Shown in pieces: positions 50,932 to 64,000 of a DNA stretch of 64,000 bases. Origin of the DNA: Octopus sinensis. Lineage: Eukaryota. The notes below the pieces were generated by a model. It searched no databases and was not told where the DNA came from. It saw only the letters and a list, made by a program, of their open reading frames with translations. The stretch covers positions 26,598,001-26,662,000 of the forward strand of contig NC_043000.1 of assembly GCF_006345805.1 (NCBI RefSeq), written 5' to 3'. The translations under genes were made by a program, and so were the position numbers. The stretch's first letter is position 1, and each line of letters opens with the position of its first letter.

Positions 50932-52241
50932 GTGCATGTGTATATAAATGTGTGCGCTTGTGTATGTGTGTATAGAATTGGTAATTTTTCAGGCAAAAAT
51001 AACTCCAAAAGCCATCGTCAATAAAGGAAACTAAAATCTGCTCCAACTGCCAGTGTATGCAACGAATCCAAGCCATGCACGGTCATTTAATTGTCTCGTC
51101 AAATGCAGAGGCATTTTCAACATGTTGCTGAAAACACGATGTTACACTATCGTATGCTATGTTCACAAAATGTTGAATATTTGATTTACAACATTTCAAT
51201 GTCGAACACTTTACTTCTATTTGAACACGAGGCTATTTTTTCCCGCAGTGTTTATTTACTAGAGTCGAACAACGGAAGCTACATGTTTCGAACGGAAACT
51301 GATATGTTAGAAGCATTGCCATTATAATACCAGAGGAGAAATCAGTATCGGTGATGGTGGTGGTGGTGGTGGTGGTTAATGATAGCAGTAATGGTGTTGG
51401 TGGTGTATAAGTGGTAGCTGTGGCGATGGCCATAGTGTAACGGCAGTTGTGGTGTGTTGATGGTGGTTATGGTCTGTTTTGTATAATGGAGTTTTGGTTA
51501 CTCTCCATACTAAAAGATACAAAAAGTAATTATCAGGTGGAAAGACAGGAATGATATTCTACTGATTTGAAATAAGCAAATAACCATCACGGCATTTTGT
51601 CTTTTTTTCTTCTTCTTCGTCTTTCTCTTTTTAATTTCTTTTTATTTTTACTTCTTCAACGGCATCTGAACGCCATGAGATCCATCGAACCACCATCAAA
51701 CGTTTTCTAGCTCAAACTATAGTAATATCACAAACAGATGAATGCAGCCGAAACAACCGCCGGAAATATTTGCATTTTATCAGATTACACGTCGATTACA
51801 TGCACTAAGTCATTGCATTTATTTGCATCTCATTTGAATATCATAGCACTGAAAGCAGAACTGTCTCAGTGAACTTGTTGGACCTTAGTTGACAGAAAGC
51901 GATTAAGTCAGAAGGAAAACATTATTATTGGTAATAAGGCGCCAGCGGCACTTAGAAGATGGCGGTAGCCATTATATAGCGAACGGTTACTGCCATAGTT
52001 ACTGTGATACAGTCTGCTGCTTGTCTTCTGGTGACCAGTTTCTTCATTAGTGGAACTAGATAGAAGATTAAGCAGTGACAGATTTTTCTGAAATGTTCCA
52101 ATCTGTTGGTTTAGCGTTGGTTCGGTCCAATTCTTAGAAATGACGATACCACAAGCTCGACTAATGGTACAAGATTTTGCGTTTGAATTTTGCTTATGTG
52201 AACTGTTTATTCATTTGAACACACACATATATATATATACA

Positions 52242-52378
<137 letters not shown>

Positions 52379-52629
52379 TATACATCCGCCATTCCGAGTA
52401 CAAATGTACCAGTATTTTAAATATTCAAACGGAGATAGTATTTTATAGACATACATACACACAGATATACAAACACACACGGATATACAAGCACACATAT
52501 CAATCACTGAGTCACTCACACACACACACCAAATATACACATATACACAGACACATACACGCGCATGTATATACACTCTTACACACAGATATATACACGT
52601 TATCTTTTATCTTTTACTTGTTTCAGTGA

Positions 52630-52783
52630 TTTCAACATTTCTAACAACCTTCTAACAACATGTGGTCGGATAATATATATAATATTTCCATTCTACAAAC
52701 TACAAAGTCCAAGTGAAATTGAGAGAGAAATCAGTGAAAGGAACTTTATTAATAAATTCCAATCCAAGCTAAATAAGCAATAA
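52630..52783 (+). pseudogene. Probable Penelope-like GIY-YIG endonuclease C-terminal fragment
   Basis: ISNNLLTTCG..IFPFYKLQSPSEIEREISERNFINKFQSKLNKQ* fits the R..E..FI.KF.P.LN C-terminus of Penelope-like ORFs. Confidence 0.55.
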
Positions 52784-53389
52784 TATTAATACTTAGAGGT
52801 ACTATTTCTAGTGCTACGACCACTAATACTAATAACAACACCAATACTAAAGCCGCTCATGATGACGATAGCAGGAAAATACTAAGTCAAGAGAAAAGTC
52901 AGTAAAAATAATCATATTTTGGGGTTTAAAGTTCTATTACCACAGTGACTCCTACCACCACCACCACCACCACCACCACCACCACCACCACCACCACCAC
53001 CACCACCACAATGTCTCTAGAACCAGCTTCAAATCTAGGGTATTTCTGCTCCAATAATCGAGAATGACTTGGTCAGAGAATCTTCTGCGGCGGTCGACGA
53101 TGAAAGGCAAGATGAGCTGCTAAGCGTGGCACTATACTCTAGGTGTGTACACATGTGACCGGCGACCACATGTGAATTTGTATTTCCACTGAAACACTGA
53201 ACAGTAGGTCAATGGAACTCAATACACCCCGGGTATATGCCGCTGCAAGTACAATTACAAGTACATACTTGTGTCAAAACCCAAGCAGGAAGAAATGCAC
53301 ATCAAGCATCTTCAGCGCTGCTACTGCAATAAATATTTTAAAAATCGTATTTTTGATGAAAAAATAACAAACAAAACAAAACAAATGCG

Positions 53390-53835
53390 GGCGCGGGCGT
53401 GGCTGTGTGGTGAGTAGCTTGCTAACGAACCACATGGTTCCGGGTTCAGTCTTCTACTATCGCATCGGGCCGACCAAATCCTTGTGAGTGGATTTGGCAG
53501 ACGGAAACTGAAAGAAGCCCGTCGTATATATGTGTGTATGTATATATATATATATATATAATATATATATATATATATTATATATATATACATATATATA
53601 TATGTATGTATGTATGTATGTGTGTGTATATGTTTATGTGTCTGTGTTTGTTTCCCACATCGCTTGACAACCGATGCTGGGGTGTTTACGTCCCCCATAA
53701 CTTAGCAGTTTGGCAAAAGAGACCGATAGAATAAGTACTAGGCTTACAAAGAATAAGTCCTTGGGTCGATTTGCTCGACTAAAAGGCGGTGCTCTAGCAT
53801 GGCCACAGTCAAATGACTGAAACAGGTAAAAGACA
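53390..53835 (+). mobile_element. SINE A copy with internal deletion of the CORE-like block
   Basis: ggttcag joined directly to tcttctactat (about 27 bp missing versus 15340-15380). Confidence 0.9.
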
Positions 53836-54257
53836 AAAAAAAATGCCTCTATAAGGGTTATTGTCCCTGGACAAATTCCGCATTAAAATTTGCCTTTCGC
53901 GAAGTATCTGCGTTTAGTATGACATACAGATAGCTATTTTAATCAAATACTGATTCTGATTCGTATAACAAAATACATAACCTCTGAACGACGTTCTTTG
54001 AGTATCAGAGAAAACATATTGAAATGGATTTGAATGATGTCATTGGAGTGCAAGATATGTGTTTTTATTTGTTTATGTACAATCAGTTACAGTTATTAAC
54101 TGTTGCTGTTATTCCTAGCTCAGTAAGAAGGGATGTTCCTATATACAAACTCTGACAAAATCCGTTTGCTGATGTTTTCAAAGGCTTGAAACGCTAGAAT
54201 TCATGACAATAACATAAAGCAGTGACAATTAGAATTAAGCTGAGAAAATTTATACTC

Positions 54258-54832
54258 TTTTCTACTTTAAAGACAAGGCCCAAAACTTTTGGGTGAGGGG
54301 GTCAGTCGAATTGATCGACTCTTGTGCGCAACTGGTACTTAATTTATCGACCCCGAAAGGATGAAATGCAAAGTCAACCTCGGCGGAATTTGAGCTCAAA
54401 ACGTAAAGACAGACGAAATACCGCAAAGTATTTCTTTTCTCCTCTAGGCAAAAGGCCCGAAATTTTTTGTAGGGAACCCAGTCGATTATATCGACCCCAG
54501 TACGCAACTGGTACTTAATTTATCGATCCCGAAAGAATGAAAGGCAACGTGAACCACGGCGGAATTTGAACTCAAAACGTAAAGACACATGAAATACCTA
54601 TTTCTTTACTACCCACACAGGGCTAAACACAGAGGGGACAAACAAAGACAGACAAACGGATTAAGTCGATTATATCGACCCCAGTGCGTAACTGGTACTT
54701 ATTTAATCGACCCCCAAAGGATAAAAGGCAAAGTCGACCTCGGCGGAATTTGAACTCAGAACGTAACGGCAGACGAAATACGGCTACGCATTTCGCCCGG
54801 CGTGCTAACGTTTCTGCCAGCTCGCCGCCTTT
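54258..54832 (-). mobile_element. Concatemer of three SINE B units
   Basis: One head (54815-54832) and three Meta-domain bodies. Confidence 0.9.
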
Positions 54833-55129
54833 GAGTAAATTTATACTCAACACAAATGTGTACAGTCAAATGTGGAAAGACATTCTCTTCTGTTTATATG
54901 TAGGAATGATTGAAGATGTGTTTGATATTGGTGAAGCATTAACACACAGAAATACGTTATTCAGGGCCCGTCCAGATGTGTTGTACACCATCGGAATCTG
55001 TTGTATGAGCATTGCCGATCCAAAGGATACCAACGAAGTGTGTAAAAATGGGCCTGCAAATAAATAAATAAATAAAGAAAGAAAGAAAGAAATAAGTAAA
55101 GAAAGAAAAAGAAAAAATTGCGTTGTAGT

Positions 55130-55295
55130 TCAAGGGATCATTCTGATCGCATTCTGTGTCACGCTAAATCCCCTTGAGAACTATTTTAAGGATACGGGTC
55201 TGCGGAGTACTCAGCCTCTTGTTTGTTAATTTCACAAGCGGGCAGTTCCGTTGGTCCTATCAGCTGGAACAATAATCGTAACCGACGGAGAACCA
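55130..55295 (+). mobile_element. Old SINE C 3' fragment
   Basis: ctgtgtcacgct..gagaacta..gttaatttcacaagc..gttccgttg..atcagctgg..cgtaaccgacggag is the reverse complement of 42330-42475. Confidence 0.65.
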
Positions 55296-55319
55296 GGCCA
55301 TATATACACAAGAATAAAA

Positions 55320-55770
55320 GAGTGGCTGTGTGGTAAGTAGCTTGCTTACCAACCACATGGTTCCAGGTTCTGTCCCACTGCGTGGCACCTTCGGCATGTG
55401 TCTTGTACTATAGCCTTGGACCGACCAAAGTCTTGTGAGTGGATATAGTAGACGGAAACTGAAAGAAGCCTGTCGTATGCATGTGTGTGTATGTTTGTAT
55501 GTATGTATTTGTCCCCCTCCCCCAACATTGCTTGACAACAGATGTGGTGTGTTTATGTCCCCGTAACTTAGCGGTTCAGCAAAGAATAAGTACTAGGCTT
55601 ACAAAGAATAAGTCTTGGGGTCGATTTGCTTGACTAAAGGCGGTGCTCCAGCATTGCCGCAGTCAAATGACTGGAACAAATCAAAGAATAAAAGTATATA
55701 TATACACATATATACACAATATCGGTGCTGCAGCATGGCCACAGTCATTGGACTGAAACATATAAGAGAA
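55320..55770 (+). mobile_element. SINE A copy plus an extra tail fragment
   Basis: Full head-to-tail match at 55320-55690; second tail cggtgctgcagcatggccacagtcattggactgaaac at 55723-55760. Confidence 0.85.
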
Positions 55771-55796
55771 TAAGAGAATATACATACATACATACA

Positions 55797-56360
55797 TGGT
55801 GGTGGTGGCTGCCCCCTCGTTATCGAGTATGGCCAATGCACGAAGCTTAATCAATGTTGTTATCGTGCAATGCCTGTGCAAGAAGATTTTTTTTAAAGTG
55901 AGAAAAGGCTGTGCACTGAGTCAATCCCACTCACTAAGCAATATCAGCCATAAATCGAAAAGAAGAAAAAGTCAACATCATCGGTAACCGCTGAGCCGCA
56001 GGATTTTATATCGGAGTTATCCCAGTTACCTGAGTTATCTTCTCCTAGAAGGATGCCCTAACAAAGGCTAGGAGTCCTTCACTCCCAATGGTTTAACTGC
56101 GCGATCAGGTATTCAGTCCGATCATTTCTATGTCCCCACGCATGATACAGCCTTAAGACATTTATTGGATGGCCGTTGACTCTCAAGAGTTACTCCGCCC
56201 TTTGACCGGTTTTGATTTTCATCCCGCAGGGTGTCCAATAAACACCCTCCTCACCAAGCAAGCTTGGTGGGGTTGCCGGTTTAGTCGCCGACGATCAGAC
56301 CATGCAACAAGTTGTACTGGGTTACATGTTACCAGTAGTACTCGAAAGTGACCTGACACA
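55797..56360 (-). mobile_element. Short non-autonomous RTE-derived (bipartite) element between (CATA)n tracts
   Basis: RTE-like 3' end (..catactcgataacgagggggcagccaccaccacc on minus) and an RTE 5'-UTR-like block (ttctcctagaaggatgccctaacaaaggctaggagtcc on plus) within 560 bp and no ORF. Resemblance recalled from RTE consensus sequences, not searched. Confidence 0.5.
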
Positions 56361-56367
56361 ACATACA

Positions 56368-56459
<92 letters not shown>

Positions 56460-56919
56460 TATATATGCATATATATGCACGAATACGTGCACACGCACGT
56501 ATACATTCGCACACATACACATACAAACGCGCTACTTTATTCGTACACTTTTATCACTGTGAGACCCTTCTGATACTTTGTCGAAATGTTCAGCCCCGAC
56601 ATAGATGATATCCATCTCCAATTGCCTCGATTATCTGTCAAGGATTACCACTTATACACACTGATACCAAAAGGTTTCTATTTTCCAGCCTGTGAATCCT
56701 TTAACTGCTTCGTTTTTCTGAATAAAGATTAATATTCCTTTAATATCTCATTGTTTGTTATAATAAATCTGTTTCTGCCATAAATTTCTTTCAACAGAAT
56801 TTCCATTGAAATCTCTAAAGACGAAACGAAAAACCATCCTGCTCGCCAAGAAACCTCACGTCGTTGGCTGAAAAACTAAGTCAAATAGTTACCAGATTAA
56901 TTTACGAGACTCCATGTTC

Positions 56920-58421
56920 ACTCAACTGGCAGGAAATACCAGGAGCATTTCTTTCAAATCTGAACTTACAATCTTTAAAAAAGAGGACTCATTCGATAAT
57001 GTAGTCCGGGACGCGAATTTTTTTTCCTACGAGAGTTCCGGACCTCAGTAATGAACTCATTTGCATTCAGCCAATCAGAGCTCACCTTGAAAATCCGCAT
57101 ACTGCGTACTGCTACAGTACAGCCAGTCAGGCATAGAATGGTGTATACCACTCTGTGAGTACAGCATAGCCGGTCTCACATAAACATCACATTCCCCCAC
57201 CATCCTCACAGATCAATTGAGTACCATCTATATGGAGCTTACATTAGGTACCTATGCTCAGACTGAGATTAGTGATACTGCAATGTACCCATGTACCCAA
57301 GGAGAGCGCAATACGACACAACGCCATATTGATTACGATGTTTCCAGATCAACACCAACATCTTGAATTAGGAATGTACAAAATCAGCCAAAAAATTAGG
57401 CAACAACACTCATTTACATTTTCTAGTAATTTACGCAAATTGACAACACTTATGGCATCATCGGTGAGCAGCTCTCCATTCACTTTATACATTAAATTTC
57501 ACATTTGTCACCACTATTAACCCGTTTAGAACAGCTAAATTTTGCTATAACACACATTATCCACTGAACTCAACCGGAGCATTTTCGTGACTAGGTGGAC
57601 GCTAGTTTGATAGTTGAGCTCAGATTGGCTGTATGCAAGTGAGTTTATAACTGGGGTCCGGAACTTACGTGAGAAAAACAATAAATTTGCGTCCGAGACA
57701 CACCATGCCTGAACAATCTCCGAATTGCCACGAGTGGAATACTTCGGGTCAAATGTCTGTTTATTCAAGGCTGACTTGTGGCTAAATAATAGAATCAAAC
57801 CAAATAATTACCTGCCATTATAAGCACTATGCTTCCCTTCTCCATAAGACCGTGTCGATTTGGTGGTTGGAACTCGGAGAAATAGCAGCCAAATATCACT
57901 CAAATCTTACCATAAATGCTACCGTGGACCTCTACATGTGAGAGTGTCTGTTTTGTTGCTCTACTTGATAGAAATAGCAGCTAAATCGTCCTCAAATCGT
58001 ATCATTCCAAGTGCTAAGCAGATAAATATCCCTCGAATTGCACATCTCCAAGGGGTACGCTACATATCTACATCAAAAAGTATCTGTATAATCACTCTAC
58101 CTCAGGTGTGGGCAACCTTTTTCGGGAAGCGGACTGCAAGAGACATAGTTCATCATCAAGAGGGTCGCGTTACTAACACTTTTCAAAGTAATTTTTTCGT
58201 CTGACGTGCCATTCAAAAAGTGCCGCGGGTTACAAGTCGCCCATGACTTCTCAGCCAAATCTCCCTCAAATCGTACGACTCCAAGTGCTACACTACACCC
58301 CTACATGCAAAAGCGTCTGTATAGTAGATTTCTTCTTCTTCTTCTTCTTCTTTCTTCTTCTTCTTCTTCTTCTTCTTCTTCTTCTTCTTCTTCTTCTTCT
58401 TCTTCTTCTTCTTCTCTTCTT

Positions 58422-58452
<31 letters not shown>

Positions 58453-59500
58453 ATCCTTTTTCAACATTTGGCAATTATTGGCGTGTTTCTTGACTGCTTC
58501 CCATGTCAGGCCAGTGGTCCTGAGCTCGTCCAAAATGCTCCGCTCCCATGTCTGCTTCGGGCGTCCTCGCTTCCTTTTCTCCTGCGTGTTCCAGTCAAGT
58601 GCTTGTCGTGTCACATTTGAGGGTTCTTTAGTCGATTTAGCTGATAGAAATAGCAGCGAAATTTTCCTTTAATCGAAGTCCTCCAGGTTTTACACTGCGC
58701 TTAAACTTGAGGCAGTGTTTATAGCACTGGCTGGTAGAAATAGCAGCCAAATCTTCCTAAAATTGAACCACTTTACGTGCTACACTTCAGTTCTACGCGA
58801 GTTTCTACGTGGTCGCTCTTGATGCTAGAAGTAGAAGTCAAATATTCCTCAATCCCCCATTGCTGCCTTAAAATAATCGGAACAGTCATGGTTGGATTAC
58901 CTCTGATCGAACTTCTACTCAATTAGGCATAATCAACAACAGCAATAATAGTAATATTACACTGTAACAAACTTATCAAAACGCACGCACATACATACGT
59001 ACACACACAGACACATACACACATACACACACATACATGCACACATACGCACGCACGCACACACACAGACACACACACACGCACACGCATACACACACAC
59101 GCACGCACACGCACACATGCACACACACGCACGCACGCACACACACACTATTTCTTTTATCTAGCTTACGGGTGACATTCTATTGCTTTACAAACTGAAA
59201 ATTTCACTCATCTGAATGATCACCGTCTGAGGGAGAGCCTTTATATTGTTATTCGACCTGTTAGCAATCGATCCCAAATCTCCCTCATTTCAAGCATCCC
59301 AATTTAGAAGTAGACTGTGGTATTGCTGTACCTGCTAGAAAAAGCAGCCGAATATTTTCAGCTTAAGTGAAGAACATATCGAATAATGCAGTTCCGCATG
59401 AACCCCCAGATGTAGGGGGACGTTTTTGTTTCGATTGCATTGGTTCATTAGTTTGTACATTTATTAATAACCAGGGGCTAAACTGCAACAACAAGAACAA
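56920..59500 (+). repeat. Cluster of at least 8 decayed copies of ctgctagaaatagcagccaaatctccctcaaatc
   Basis: Copies near 56925, 57877, 57962, 58252, 58640, 58730, 58822, 59257 and 59332; another at 25190. Confidence 0.65.
58103..58249. mobile_element. Short hAT-type MITE
   Basis: caggtgtgggcaacctttt..gcgggttacaagtcgcccatgactt resembles CAGGGGTGGGCAAC/GTTGCCCACCCCTG TIRs. Confidence 0.55.
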
Positions 59501-59517
59501 AAACAATAATGAGGATG

Positions 59518-59860
59518 GGCGAAAGGCTTAGCGGTATTTCGTCTGCCGCTACGTTCTGAGTTCAAATTACGCCGAGGTCGACTTTGCCTTTTATTCTTTC
59601 GGGGTCGATAAATTAAGTACCAGTTACGCACTGGGGTCGATATAATCGACTTAATCCCTTTGTCTGTCCTTGTTTGTCCTCTCTGTGTTTAGCCCCTTGT
59701 GAGTAGTAAAGAAATAGGTATTTCGTCTGCTGCTACGTTCTGAGTTCAAATTCCGCCGAGGTCGACTTTGCCTTTCACTTTTTACGGGGTCGAGGAATTA
59801 ATCGACTGCCCCCTTTCCCTCGCCAGAAATTTCGGGCCTTGTGCCTTGAGTAGAAAAGAT
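59518..59860 (+). mobile_element. SINE B dimer
   Basis: Two bodies joined at gtaaagaaata|ggtatttcgtc; second unit ends in the gccttgagtagaaaaga tail. Confidence 0.9.
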
Positions 59861-60778
59861 AATGACCATCACGATGACGACAACGACGACGTCGACGTCG
59901 ACGCAATAACTCTTTTTTGTACCCCCAAGACCGCCACCACACCTTAGTGTTTTATGAATTTCTATTCACGAAACAGCAACAACCACAGCAGTCACAATAA
60001 CAGCAGCAAAAGGCAGTAAGATGAACAATAAAAACAAAACAAAACGACACAAAAAAATAGACAAAACAGAAAAAAAATCAAATATATATATGAAGAAACA
60101 AAAATTCTGCGGCGACAGAATCAATTGATGCACTCATCAGTCAAAAGTGTTTTGTGAACACTAATATTATTCATACGACAGATGCAAGTAAAAATATTTT
60201 TTAGCCGGTCGCAGAAATAAATGACATTTACAGAGAACCTCTAATAGACAATTTGACATTGACAAATTGTGTTTAATGTGAGTCAGACTAGGCGATCAAA
60301 CCTACGCAACGGATCAATATAGCTAAGCAAGTGAACTCACTATAACAACCAGCCGAGCCCCAAAGTAATAAGCAAATTAAAAATAGACGGTAACAAACTA
60401 AATACCAATGAAGTTCAATAAATAATAATAAAAAAAGGAAAACTCATAAACTAAAATGGAAAACTAAAATGGAGGAAAAAGAACGATCAGTAACCGAGTA
60501 TATAACCAACAGGTACAAAATTGATTGCTCCAAAGCATAAAAATCAAGCCATCAGGACAGCCAGATCAATTAATTAAATCGAATGTTAAATCATTGAACC
60601 ATCAACGATTCAAACGAAAAGACAATCAATGGTGTCTTCAAACAAGCCAGACATCGAAAAACTGATCAGACAATTAAACATTAAACAAGCCAATCATGAA
60701 ACCATGAATTCATTGAACTATCAAACAACCCAAAACATCCAACATCAAACCTTTAACTGATATATATACATACATACA

Positions 60779-60810
<32 letters not shown>

Positions 60811-61054
60811 CATATATATATATATATATCTATATCGAAGACCGGTGATTGTCGTACGCTGACGACGAGTAAATACCCAGAAACCCTGGTCCGTGCGTAA
60901 CACACCAGCTCGACGATGGTAAGGATGGCTTCCCTTTGCAAATACTGATAGGACACAGAAAATGTGTCAATAGCCAGCTGGATGTTCTCCTGGGGCTACA
61001 AGCTACAGTAGCATCCACCCTTAGTGGTTAGCCACAATTAAGTGGCAAATATAC

Positions 61055-61142
<88 letters not shown>

Positions 61143-61526
61143 ACACACATATATATATATATATGATATCTGCTAACTCAGTTCGGTTAAGATTAAATGA
61201 CTGCCGAAGCTATTATATATTATATATATATATATATATATATGTAATGTATATATATTATATATATCACATAATTCACATGACTAAATCATTATCATCC
61301 ATGACTACAGACATTATGTTTGATTGGTCCCCTGCATGTTGCTTGAAAAATTGTAAGCGAGTGAATAAATGTAGTGCCATAGACTCCAGTCTCCACCTTG
61401 TACATACATACATACATATATGTTTGAAGATTAAATTTAATATTCCAAAAAAATAATAGGTAAAAAATCCCAGTAAATTCATTGGATATTATTATCCCTT
61501 AATGAGGCTTATTTAACCTCTAATTG

Positions 61527-61562
<36 letters not shown>

Positions 61563-61592
61563 TGTATATCTATCTATCTATCTATCTATCTG

Positions 61593-61701
<109 letters not shown>

Positions 61702-61744
61702 TATATATATATGAATGTATATCTATCTATCTATCTTCTATCTG

Positions 61745-61781
<37 letters not shown>

Positions 61782-61834
61782 ATCTATCTATCTATCTATC
61801 TATCTATATATATATATATATATATTATATATAG

Positions 61835-61865
<31 letters not shown>

Positions 61866-62498
61866 TTTATCGATGAAACAATTAACCAAGGTTTAGTTTA
61901 TCATCAAACAAGCCGGGCATGAAACTGTGATGCCAACCGAACAATCGATCCACGAAATGAAGCCAAAGCAATGAATGGAAAACAGAAAAGCATAATTCTA
62001 TATTCAAAACATCCAACGAAACCAACAATGCAAGAAACTAAGTTAAATAATCCATTAAATTTTTTAAAACTACCAAACCATTAAACTACCAAACCATTAA
62101 ACAATCAAACACTTAAATCGATAAAGATGCAAGTCAAACTAAGATAAAAAAAAAAAGACTAAAGATTAACAAGAAAAATGGAGTCACATGAAAACTACAA
62201 TACAGAGAGCTTACTTAGGAAAGAACGAATCCATCAAACTAAACAACTGAAATAGAAAATCAACAATGAAGGCAGTAAATTAAAAAAACCGGTAAACCAG
62301 AAAATCATGAAACCAAGCAAATTGAAATAGGAAAGTAAAAAAAGAAAGAAATACAAACAATAAGAATTAAATCGGAAAAAGATTTGAAAAAAGAGAAAAA
62401 AAAAATCTCGTAATTTGATGTTTATCAACCAGAACCGATCAATCAAAATTAAGTTGACAAAAACCTCCCCGGAGCTCCGCCAGGAAACAGAAAACTGC

Positions 62499-62551
<53 letters not shown>

Positions 62552-62967
62552 TAATAATAATAATAATAAAAACACTGGCAATAACGACAGCATTAACAAT
62601 AACAACGGCTAAAAATCAGAGAAGCAATAGCAAAAGATGACAACAATAACATGGGAAATAACAGCAACAACAGAAATAGCAACAGTACAAACAACTAAAG
62701 CAAGGGAAATAGCAGCTCGTATTCAACAACAAAGCAGTAATAACAACGAGTACGATTGTAAAGATAATAGCAATAGCACAGGAAATAATAACAAACAGGT
62801 AACAACCACAACAACCACAACAACAACAACAACAATAACAACTACAAGAAATAAAGGAAAATGGTAAATATTTAAGAAATACGAATACAATTTAATTTTT
62901 AACGTAAATACAGTTACTTGTAGGTAGAAAATAATTAAATAATTAGAACGAATAAAATAGAATGATA

Positions 62968-63569
62968 TATTTCTTTACTGCCCACAAGGGGCTAAATATA
63001 GAGGGGGAGAAAGAAGGACAGACAAAGGGATTAAGTCGATTACATCGACCTCAGTGCGTAACTGGTACTTAATTTATCGACCCCGAAAGGATGAAAGGCA
63101 AAGTCGACCTCGGCGGAATTTGAACTCAGAATGTAACGACAGACGAAAAACCTATTTCTTTACTACACACAAGGAGCTAAACATAAAGGGGAGAAACAAG
63201 GACAGATAAAGGGATTAAGTCGATTACATCGACCTCAGTGCGAAACTGGTACTTTATTTATCGACCCCCAAAGGATGAAAGGCAATATCGACCTTCGGAT
63301 GAATTTGAACTCAGAATGTAACGACAGACGAAATACCTATTTCTTTATTACCCACAAGGGGCTAAACACAGAGAGGACAAACAAGGACAGACATAGGTAT
63401 TAAGTCGCTTACATCGACCCCAGTGCGTAACTGGTACTTAATTTATCGACCCCGAAAGGATGAAAGGCTAAGTCGACCTCGGCGGAATTTGAACTCACAA
63501 CATAGCGGCAGACGAAATACCGCTAAGCATTTCGCCCAGCGTGCTAACGTTTCTGCCAGCTCGCCGCCT
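62968..63569 (-). mobile_element. Concatemer of three SINE B units
   Basis: One head (63552-63569), junctions gaaa(t/a)acc|tatttcttt at about 63152 and 63338. Confidence 0.9.
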
Positions 63570-63595
63570 AAAATAGAATAAAATAGAATAATATC

Positions 63596-64000
63596 TACGG
63601 TAAAATAGAATTACACCTTGGTGAAATGAAATTAGACCTAAGGAAAATAGAATTATATCTGGGTAAAGTATATTTAACCGAAGGTAAAATAAAAATAGAG
63701 TAGGGCAAAATAGAATTAGTTCTAGCTAAAATATAACTAGAAAAGAGTAAAATAGAATGTTGTCTGCGTAAATAGTTATTAAGCCAAGGTATATTTGAAT
63801 TAAATTTAGGTAAAATGAATAAAGAACGGTTTAAAATAGAATCAGACACTTAGGTGAAATCTAATTAGAATAGACTAAAACCAGGTTAATTATAATTAGA
63901 ACAAGTTAAAATAGAAATAGTTTTGTAAAATAATTAGCTTTAGGTAAAACTGAATTACATCTTGGTAAAATATAATTAGACCGAGATAAAATAGAATTAT
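63596..64000. repeat. Degenerate ~21 bp minisatellite (ggtaaaatagaattagacct-like), runs off the window
   Basis: About 19 consecutive diverged units visible. Confidence 0.8.

Overview
AT-rich, microsatellite-saturated eukaryotic DNA, most likely an octopus (cephalopod) intronic/intergenic region. The taxon is inferred from its tRNA-derived CORE- and Meta-type SINE families and its repeat density, not from a database match. No complete protein-coding gene is visible, and almost all ORFs in the supplied track are translations of (TA)n, (CA)n, (CATA)n, (TATC)n, (AAT)n or (ATC)n tracts. The window is a mosaic of mobile elements: three SINE families, CR1-group, L1/Tx1, RTE and R4/Dong-type LINE fragments, a full-length but decayed mariner (43230-44487), non-autonomous Helitrons, hAT-type MITEs and Penelope-like foldback repeats. 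The most notable observations are: (1) a 45.2-48.8 kb cluster of nested inverted repeats carrying minimal hammerhead-ribozyme motifs, with an inverted copy of nearby DNA captured in its centre; (2) a six-unit, (CATA)n-spaced, hammerhead-like tandem array with higher-order structure (27.65-28.6 kb); (3) restriction-like-endonuclease retroelements sitting in two different microsatellites; (4) a SINE/LINE pair sharing a covarying 3' hairpin; (5) polarised SINE concatemers; and (6) one candidate start-codon exon on the minus strand near 33.2-33.5 kb. Coordinates of decayed repeats are approximate.
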